Below are positions 59,201-64,000 of a stretch of DNA of 64,000 nucleotides, piece by piece; the first letter of the stretch is position 1, and every line of letters begins with the position of its first letter. The DNA lies in IMG/VR virus record IMGVR_UViG_3300032214_001459, positions 430-64,429 of that record. The stretch is one strand, 5' to 3'. Made by a program: the position numbers and the translations under genes. The notes under the pieces were generated by a model. The model had not been told where the DNA came from. It did no database searches and saw only the letters and a program-made list of their open reading frames with translations. The DNA is from a virus. Its lineage: Duplodnaviria > Caudoviricetes.

Positions 59201-61090
59201 TGCAACGTCTCTTCTTTGTGATGAGGAAAGCTTTGGGTTATTGACTGAACCAGGTCCGTCTGGAGTTGGGTCTGGTTGTTCCCATCCTGGGATGTTGTCA
59301 AAAAGAGTTCCGTCTCTGTTCTTGTCGACTCTTGTTCGCGGGTCAAGGTCGCCTTCCGGCATACCAAATCCACGACCCCTGCGTTTGCCGCCACCGATAT
59401 TTGGTCTATCAATTGCTCTTGAGCCGAGCGACCGACCTATTCTGTAACCGAGGGCTTTACCCTCTATCTCATGTTCTGAGAATTTTTTTTTTAAGTTGTG
59501 GAGAGCCGTATCGACTGCGTCTATGAGGTTTTCAGTTACCCCGGAGATAATGACTATTCCTTCTGAGTCAACAAAAGTCTCTGCTCTGTGGTAATCAAAT
59601 ATTGGGTCAAGGGCTGTTTTTACTCTAAATGCAAAACTTGGCTCGACTGGTATTACGTACGACTTCTCACCCATATCATCGTCATCGCCGAACTCTGCAA
59701 GATTCTTGTACTTGTTTCTTTTCTTCTTTTTCTTGCCAACCGCATTTCTAACAATTCCAAGAACAAACTCGCCTGGATACTTGAGTTCAAGAACATCAAT
59801 AATTGCATTTTCTGCTTCGGAAACATGCTCTTCAAGTTCTTTGGAGCCACTGCTCAAAACAATTCCATTTGGAATAACTGCAAATCTGCATTTTCCTTCT
59901 GGTTCGACTGGCATGTCAATGATTTTGCACTTTGAGCCGCCTTGGTAGAAGACGCAGTTTGAGCACTTAACACCGATGCGTGCTACTTCGTTTTCTTCTG
60001 CAGGGCTATATCCAGCCCATACACCGTTTGAATCTTCATTGAATTTACCGTGGCGTGAAACTATCTTCAGCAAGGCATCGCGAAGGTCTGCCTCTTCCTT
60101 ATCCAAAGATGGTTTTGCGTTTGAATCATACTGAACTGCAGGAAGAGGAATCATTGTTAGTCCATCGCCACTTGGCTTTACGGCGACTGGTATGGATGGC
60201 ATCTGTTGAGGTCTAATCACGCGCTGTGGCTCGTTTGCCGGCATAGGCCTTCCGCTAACCATAGGCATAGGTGCTGACTGTGGAGTGCGAACTGGAGACT
60301 GTGGAATGCTGATTACCTCAGGCGTCCCAAACATGTATCGACCTTGGCTTCTCATGAAGCCACACTTGTACTTCTTGGCACCACTCATCTCGTGGCGCGT
60401 GAATACAACTTCGTCACCATCTATTGAGTGAACAGAAACTTTCGCGCCAAAAAGATTTGAAAGTTCTTTTTCCATTTCTTCGTAGCCGTTGCTCTCATCC
60501 CTCTGAGGCATCATCGCGATAGGAGTTCCATATGCAGAATCGTCTGCCTTTACGGATATCGTTCCTGTCAGCTGATTTGCTCCGTGCAGAACAGGGCTGA
60601 CTTCATAAAGTTCAACTTCATAAAGAATATTCGCTTGTGCCTTTTGGTCAAACTGAGCTCTTAGGGTCTTATAGCCAATAGACCACTCTTGTTCTTCCCC
60701 AAAGAAAGCAACGTTAAGAAATGCCTCTTTGCCTTTTTCTGAATTCAAATTGAACTGGACCTTTGCGAACAAACCGCCTATGCCAGCAATCTTCATTTTC
60801 AACGGAAGACGTGGGTCCTGTGGTCCAACCTCGTAAATTTCTAGAACTTTTCCGATAGGGTCGTTCCAGTTGTGGCCCCATACAACTCTTGGCTTTCTGC
60901 GGAGCAGACTCTTAGTAAAAGCCCCCGAAGCACAAACATCACCAACTGAGTCTTTATTGCCAATTCCGGCCACGAAGCATTCGACTATTCCCTCGGCCTC
61001 ATCAAGATTGATTGGTCCGTTTACTGACTTTGCGCCATGTGCCGACGTTGCTTTGTATTCGAATGCTTCATTTGACATTTTTGGAACCAA
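50258..61090 (-). CDS. 3610-aa prohead protease fusion: HK97-type protease + ArdC-like + SF1 (UvrD-like) helicase
   Basis: GNKDSVGD...GAF..SL...WGHNWNDPIGK...EWSIGY...LYEVSPV..GAN (about 60550-61000); PW...Y.GMN.LLL and FHELTHWTG...EELIAEMGS (about 56060-56880); GAGSGKTT, DEAQD, GDSRQAIYGFRGA, SFRYG, TVHVSKGREW, YIAITRA (about 52540-55680). Confidence 0.9.
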   Translation of the reverse strand: MVPKMSNEAFEYKATSAHGAKSVNGPINLDEAEGIVECFVAGIGNKDSVGDVCASGAFTKSLLRRKPRVVWGHNWNDPIGKVLEIYEVGPQDPRLPLKMKIAGIGGLFAKVQFNLNSEKGKEAFLNVAFFGEEQEWSIGYKTLRAQFDQKAQANILYEVELYEVSPVLHGANQLTGTISVKADDSAYGTPIAMMPQRDESNGYEEMEKELSNLFGAKVSVHSIDGDEVVFTRHEMSGAKKYKCGFMRSQGRYMFGTPEVISIPQSPVRTPQSAPMPMVSGRPMPANEPQRVIRPQQMPSIPVAVKPSGDGLTMIPLPAVQYDSNAKPSLDKEEADLRDALLKIVSRHGKFNEDSNGVWAGYSPAEENEVARIGVKCSNCVFYQGGSKCKIIDMPVEPEGKCRFAVIPNGIVLSSGSKELEEHVSEAENAIIDVLELKYPGEFVLGIVRNAVGKKKKKRNKYKNLAEFGDDDDMGEKSYVIPVEPSFAFRVKTALDPIFDYHRAETFVDSEGIVIISGVTENLIDAVDTALHNLKKKFSEHEIEGKALGYRIGRSLGSRAIDRPNIGGGKRRGRGFGMPEGDLDPRTRVDKNRDGTLFDNIPGWEQPDPTPDGPGSVNNPKLSSSQRRDVANIPGEGGKEKPGKTITSREPKYEADDVSDILDGDAKPVKKAAKKAVAKKAPAKKEKVKRGELDFSKKPKTDKEKTPSLSSGEQEKRLTRHSGDPKFESLVSPEELEKRKKFEEVIKDWKDSGYGWTDVPRYKPDAYRSPDYLRGREMGVNQARVMWLGDDTNRRPAKFSDKNTSSVDYRDWYSGMVMRAGTFLEASRGDDNEFYNGMEDAMHEFMYNNRPDATGFRGIGPDGKDGLSDWMRQYGFDSLSPVPLRKKKEAKKRSSLSLSSGADDDTRPNFDEENYESDTNVDFYDTLLDMMGPEEERPKVTSRKKPKDMSDEEIYRKRMTTGASLQDVAEELGLTRMEVRKREQRHMRKMRKEKDGVSLSSGASDDWATSRGYEPDRFDLRETMNQIGRGNIMAISGGRVERRGNEMILPSTKDQQVVIGYNSVPDLYYVRAEQKINTGKDKGTNRILAQWDEVYADEIGELAYQASLKPANLNSENKEYWKLGKGNQFADRLVDRRSGKLVSRDSRNLPSKPATEESPSLSSGGRGRDYYNYDITTTDEGNGLLDQVHDYLEENPLIKDDITTDIADMLGGDGIVEANGFDTKKAFDLVTGGDDEFQDYMDIVDDAMDALNNGSLAKHKATVRDTNVRLESVKPGSNEAGKLEAIRDRSYEWIGDINKYSRVSTIKDKKNIEASDVATRMISKEQDSLWNARSAITEKYIEDIASAGKESKRRVPIEKMESDTNKVPEYNLALSSGSVFGDKPASKTLADKADGLSLSSGENKKIYDEIGKSILEALIEMEKNPTATYWDVPWRTPTLYAKNPTRSRLYQGMNSLLLANSHRQNKYRGNFWAGKTQWAKFGGKVKDGKDGVNILVPREGSTGKYFIVQTVYNLDDIEGLPDAYVKKLLDVGKERLDPALKIKDAEAVIEEIKPVIKFGGDGAFFSPSEDLIQMPLYEMFKSPEQYYGTLFHELTHWTGGAARIDRQTVRDYGKNKKIRASEELIAEMGSSFLLAAVGITPEVRKDHVVYIKSWISNLKEDPGAFIKAMEKAQQAADYIMDRSPTMRRLAGVPDTERKGKPDVTEKATEAVGAATDEAKDSVIALSSGTQVGVRKVKELRYFGDEKEYGSGITQRDSSGRILDESGALSLSSGAKPIVSLDGKTTIPRLDDSVSYREKYKFLPDEFEPTEQQKASIDTLVHMLESETSGIVAIGAGAGSGKTTNLKQNARAVAALYPGKQIYYTVFNRGNAKDGNRVMPRNTGVATGNQIAYWSLVLGTGDAFYGAGTTRKIQLGVGPRDSKKLRGAKRNTVNVATTFEGETKEFTGEIPGYRELGYTSYDSAPNIAERLSKDGIVDEETDDGFTISQNLKKALGRFAESSDEKLSKQHFLLRDIEKIQALQKGEPVPTEDSIDEKMVQYAQMLWDETVDPKSNVLIPQDYQIKMWALTNPDLRYDKGLIGHRPNETVFDKVKLGTVEDMDAGKIKVGDLVEFKIPETGEKVAAVIRKLNPPSKKETKKGELSGNRQVTGTVSIVSVTSDKPLDVFMFDEAQDVNPVLAKVLADNAKNMPIIMVGDSRQAIYGFRGAMDALEKANATFRLPLTRSFRYGAMPAYLANVVLMQGNIDDFNFYQNMGTPEKNIWHHVVGEAQNVVINALNINGPDGKILPKKDLEKKLRFIEVKYKLGGRAVDFKGKNEKEVKDIISKLYDEHVPRAEGQIVEDMTGADAVLTSTNSGVMVEALKVIQDGINAHQIAYLDLDGIEDIKNPQELAGRLRTVSEKYTLDGVAVDLIEILEKDGRDSMLKSINELRDEYAPGGADGKIPAIGIPADTHEKFLDFFTQLDWIVGDLDKKFGIEGRPKPSKLLKDVWRFDKKKGRYPSKDEMLAKIDKMIKGGESELRTLHNLAYPKSKDGGVRGDAKGARFFKDLLRPQGQKYTDINGNEIKYQGLRPMREGINLPDMESGKDYITTDEMDRVGKLKPGTKAGSSQKISWIIPKKEESVSDGEVFVKLHIGDDGKPSGALIIAGEGANGGKYKFRRWNKVKKTWGPIEDGKPGKIDYHGDISKVIKKMKAEYPDAVIEFRQGLIQQVGTAQTFPSDTPDDFVPPMKGDLPDSSVPRASLPGFFIQGKDSEETARLANELGNRVRQLATEGNTDTDIMTVHVSKGREWKRVRLADDFKNPEDMVPVIPEEELAKLSPKDRLAVERQLQLMRREEHNKVYIAITRAQEQIDIGAVLAKLYFDDSQNASIKSAKDKIAENPDGIYDELQAPAGFYVPYSGDTEARDAARKERRKRLDESFDRYVKSQGKTKDVAPEEDDEPEVEDESGGFDSGDPDFKDVAGPDDDEYDGDNGDDSDLLSLSLSSGAKKKTNRANRRLPFNEQDRQSVADRNILRSKKVPKKRKPAPSAEEFDDLALASGANTPEGRYARRLRAISLSSGSDDIGAGAKNQRVSGKKFAANIAGPRDLAAIRIDGDPRRNDKAKRKLEYAMKFWRGVRERGIALDPEDTTAERKNIEIKNVINSVSKGMAARPKVKIGKVSSNQIKDEVNPDEWFVPVSKLRDAVRIPTEFSSYPSDPDNPNSRMIARWTQTRPLNNDELGKMLALGKSDIAKLSDDDAGVTHDAVRFLLSEIGKQDGFDAWRLFAPTSEKEEGVSEMTPSEKFVENLGRANMRDRFIIETFGKDAFPYWIDKEENGVISQKEYASLGEVSETGKFRSTGIFSKKRGESEFGSMAEEMLLEEAVFGGDDTPSDLVKQSVVEAASAPSDKTSREQFDVDQLLESLGIDKSDKWHEELKRRMVESFGVDDVGLNTREIARNWEAGGVPTTYINEMIRTGMIPDAKSVWKKDESGKKLDQELAASKHSVYEALYEFTQSKHAADKAKNTRRNRDYILNSSDFTVSHKGVAARKGATFSKKTGDERRFSQGELQNVVNRFNEIFGTNYKIDDIFSAEQLRNATKRLREEGRTLYGDDASELGKRVILKKDKDKK

Positions 61091-61186
61091 CTTCTCTCGG
61101 CTGCTAGTCGATATTAAACGAAAAACATGTTCCAGAATGTAAGTATTTTAAAAAACTGAATGTTTTACAGAAATAGTTTAATGAAA

Positions 61187-63256
61187 CTATCCAACCTGTC
61201 CAAACGTCCATGCATTTTTTGCTTCTGTTTCAGAAATTTCCAATTGGTCTTTGGCGAGAATGTTCGCATACATACCAACAATCTCTTCTCTAAAGACGGA
61301 GAATCTCTGCTCTTCTCCTGCATGAGAGAATGACTTCATCATCATTTCCTCCATCGAGGAACGAATTCCAGAGTTCATTGAGACTATTCGTGATATCTGT
61401 GAATCAATATTTTTCTTGATTGTTGCAGGGGCAATCGTTCTTGGCTTGAGTCCCTTTTGAGAATATGATTCTTTTCTGAACTCAAAAGAGTCGTTGATTA
61501 TTGCCGAGATAACAGGGCGAAGGTCATCTTCCATCTGCTTATTCCACGTCTCTGTGGCAAAAATTGAATCAAGGTCAAGGGTTCCGGACATGAGAGCTTT
61601 CTTTGACTTGCTACTTCCAGCTTTCTCCAAGACGACTCTTTGCTGTCTTTCGACGACTCTTTCAATTCCCCTAGAGAGGATTTCAGACCAGCGCTCAATC
61701 GCCATTTCCGATTTATCAAAATCCTCTGCTAGTGCTGTTTTGTACTGAAAACCATCCTGTGGGTCGCTTGCCATTCCTTGTGGGATTGGAGCTGCCCCAG
61801 TAGCTGGAGCCATTCCGGCGACCTCTGGTGGGAGCGTTGTTTGAGCCATATCGCCAGCACCAGTAGCGGCGACCTCAGCCATTGCGCCCTGCATTGTGTT
61901 TGGGTCAAGCGGAGGAACAGCACCCTCTACAGGCGGCATCCCTGGCATCCCTGGCATTGGAGGCATTCCTGGTGCCCCAGGAGCGCCGCCAGGTATCTGT
62001 GCAGCGTTCTCTTCCATCTTCTTTTTCGTATTAGCAATAGGAATCAAGTTTGGATTCATAAGCAAAGAGTCAGCAAGGTCTGCTTCAACTTCTTTTCTTC
62101 CGCTTGCAATTCTGTATTCGTTCACAGAGATAAGACCCTGACCGAGTTCTTCTTTTAGGTATCTCTCACGTTCCTGCTTGTAAAGCAACAAGATTGGAAC
62201 TTCGCTTGTATCGAAGTCGAGGTAGTACTTTTCATCAAGTTCATCAAGCGCTCTTGCTATTGGCTCCAGGTGGGGAAGCATTGTCTCAACCCAAAAAACT
62301 CTTATCTCTTCAGATGAGTTGCTGAATGTTCTTCCCGAAGCATTTCCAATTACAGATTCTGGAACTCCAAACGCAGCAAGAATTTCTTCTTTGGTGATTT
62401 GGCGCATCTGTATATAGGCAGCATCTCTTGGGTTTGCAGATGTATCAACAAAGTCGACACCTTCGTCGGCAGCAATGACTGTGGTGTGTCCAGTTTTTCC
62501 TAAATTACCCCTAAATCTATTACGTAATTCTTCCTTGTCATCTTCATCAATCTCGCCCCTAACAACAAGCAAACCGCCAGGTCTTCCGTCGTTAAGAAGA
62601 TAGTTTCTGTTGTACAACTTGGCTAAGTTTTCTATCTCTACAGCGACTCCGGATGCTTCCAATGGGGTTAGAGACAAGTATGGGTCGAGTGGGTGTGGTC
62701 TTCTAATCCAGACAACATCCTCTGGCTTCATGATTATCTTTTTGCCATAAGGCATCTGTACTTCGTAACCAGACACAAATGTCCTGGCGTCAGGGATTGG
62801 TGCGGTTGATTGTGGTGGCAAAAGGTTCAAACCGATGACTCCACCATCACGCCCACGAATCTTCTCTATGAATGCACCACGAGTTCCAAGGAGCAATTGA
62901 GCTGAAAGTCTGTATCTAAAAATAAAAGAGTTTTCGCCAATGTTCGATTTAACGTTGAGAAGCTCAAGCAGTGAAGAGCGTTTTGCCTCACGGCCAACTA
63001 CGATTTCTCCGTCCTTCGAATTATCTTTTCTTAGGATGATTGGGAGTCTTGCTTGGTTCCCGGCAATTGCATCAATACACCTGTTAACCCAGGTGATTTT
63101 TTGCATACCTTCCCTGTAGGCACGCTCAATATCCCATGAGTCTCTGTATGGCTTATCTGAGTAACTTGGGTTGCTGGATACAGGGGCACCATAACCAATG
63201 GCAGACTTATTTTGTTTTTGACCAAGAGACTTATTTTCTGATGGATTCCAAGGCAT
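61187..63256 (-). CDS. Portal protein (HK97 family)
   Basis: WVNRCIDAIA...LP, LLLGTRGAFI, LTPLE, NDGRPGG, ILAAFGVPES.IG; Pro/Met-rich C-terminal extension. Confidence 0.92.
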   Translation of the reverse strand: MPWNPSENKSLGQKQNKSAIGYGAPVSSNPSYSDKPYRDSWDIERAYREGMQKITWVNRCIDAIAGNQARLPIILRKDNSKDGEIVVGREAKRSSLLELLNVKSNIGENSFIFRYRLSAQLLLGTRGAFIEKIRGRDGGVIGLNLLPPQSTAPIPDARTFVSGYEVQMPYGKKIIMKPEDVVWIRRPHPLDPYLSLTPLEASGVAVEIENLAKLYNRNYLLNDGRPGGLLVVRGEIDEDDKEELRNRFRGNLGKTGHTTVIAADEGVDFVDTSANPRDAAYIQMRQITKEEILAAFGVPESVIGNASGRTFSNSSEEIRVFWVETMLPHLEPIARALDELDEKYYLDFDTSEVPILLLYKQERERYLKEELGQGLISVNEYRIASGRKEVEADLADSLLMNPNLIPIANTKKKMEENAAQIPGGAPGAPGMPPMPGMPGMPPVEGAVPPLDPNTMQGAMAEVAATGAGDMAQTTLPPEVAGMAPATGAAPIPQGMASDPQDGFQYKTALAEDFDKSEMAIERWSEILSRGIERVVERQQRVVLEKAGSSKSKKALMSGTLDLDSIFATETWNKQMEDDLRPVISAIINDSFEFRKESYSQKGLKPRTIAPATIKKNIDSQISRIVSMNSGIRSSMEEMMMKSFSHAGEEQRFSVFREEIVGMYANILAKDQLEISETEAKNAWTFGQVG

Positions 63257-63259
63257 ATT

Positions 63260-63460
63260 TTACTCAAGTCCTAACAACAAACCAAATAGACCGCACGTCA
63301 GTCCGGCAACCACTAATCCCGCTGGCGGGAATATTAAACCTGCTCCAATACTCGTACATAGTATAAATGAAACCATGAACAGATTAGCGAACGTACGTCT
63401 GTTTAGTTTGGGTTTTATCAAGGACTTGAACTTATTGGGCAGAGTGCTCAGTTTGGGCAT
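63260..63460 (-). CDS. Small membrane protein upstream of portal
   Basis: G.GLIFPPAGLVVAG hydrophobic motif typical of the gene preceding portal in HK97-like modules. Confidence 0.7.
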   Translation of the reverse strand: MPKLSTLPNKFKSLIKPKLNRRTFANLFMVSFILCTSIGAGLIFPPAGLVVAGLTCGLFGLLLGLE

Positions 63461-63514
63461 ATAACATACAGTAGCCTATAAACACGAGTAACGACATTAG
63501 GGAATGCAAATCTG

Positions 63515-64000
63515 ATGGCTAATAAACCAAATTGGGATGAGGTACTAAAGTATCTCACGCCAAAGGAGACTCCATTCTGCCCAGAAGAGCCTTCTCTCAA
63601 TCAGAAGGTTTTTCTCAGAACCCATGCGCTCGAAGCCCTTTTTGGAGGTGCTGCTGGTGGTGGTAAGTCTTCGGCTTTACTGATGTCGGCACTTCAATAC
63701 GTAGATATTCCTGGTTATTCAGCAATTCTCTTTCGTAGAACTTTTGCTGACTTGTCGCTACCTGGAGCGTTGATGGACCGTTTTAAGTCCTGGATGTCTC
63801 ACTACGACGATATCCACTGGAACAGCAATACGTTCATTGCTACATTCCCATCTGGGGCAAGAATATCTTTTGGATACCTGAATAACGTTAATGACTATCT
63901 TCGTTATAAGGGTTCGGAATTCCAATTCATAGGGATGGACGAGGTCACGGAAATACGAGAGTCCGACTATAGATACCTCTTTTCCCGTTTGCGCCGCCCC
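63515..64000 (+). CDS. terL: Terminase large subunit (5' part, runs off the window)
   Basis: Manual translation MANKPNWDE...; Walker A GGAAGGGKS, ILFRRT, Walker B FIGMDEVT, YLFSRLR. Confidence 0.9.
   Translation, partial: MANKPNWDEVLKYLTPKETPFCPEEPSLNQKVFLRTHALEALFGGAAGGGKSSALLMSALQYVDIPGYSAILFRRTFADLSLPGALMDRFKSWMSHYDDIHWNSNTFIATFPSGARISFGYLNNVNDYLRYKGSEFQFIGMDEVTEIRESDYRYLFSRLRRP

Noticed and set aside
50258-61090. Inteins as the explanation for giant size
   Set aside because: No C/S-start and HN-C/S/T end splice motifs or LAGLIDADG blocks recognised in the giants, RNR or terminase fragment
12340-62158. Numerous + strand ORFs antisense to the giant genes, MCP and portal
   Set aside because: Ser/Phe/Leu-rich shadows of the real minus-strand genes; no recognisable motifs

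Overview
A 64-kb segment of a large tailed dsDNA phage (Caudoviricetes, HK97-type head), most likely infecting an actinobacterium. The host inference rests on WhiB, an actinobacterial-type SSB and ferredoxin, a DUF732-like lipoprotein and leaderless-style promoters. From left to right the window holds: a G/T-skewed repeat tract; an accessory block of three Fe(II)/2OG dioxygenases, an SGNH-like protein and a carbamoyltransferase; a tRNA/HNH locus; thioredoxin, lytic transglycosylase, SSB and histone-like proteins; a 2706-aa multi-enzyme giant; a TerS-like gene, primase-helicase and WhiB; class II RNR, ThyX, glutathione peroxidase and a tRNA cluster; then a minus-strand head module (portal, 3610-aa prohead-protease fusion, acidic scaffold-like protein, 2567-aa giant, several proteins, major capsid protein) and a divergent, truncated large terminase. 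The most striking feature is that the three giant proteins are strings of unrelated enzyme domains: DEDDh exonuclease, GNATs, zincins, ArdC-like anti-restriction, UvrD helicase, ParB-like, RelA/SpoT-like and ART-like. These domains are separated by about 26 copies of an xL(S/A)SG peptide motif, and the proteins share leader modules with other head-module proteins. This suggests a capsid-packaged, protease-processed polyprotein cargo system. Two structurally non-canonical tRNA-like genes are also present. All domain calls come from motif recognition by eye; no database searches were run.
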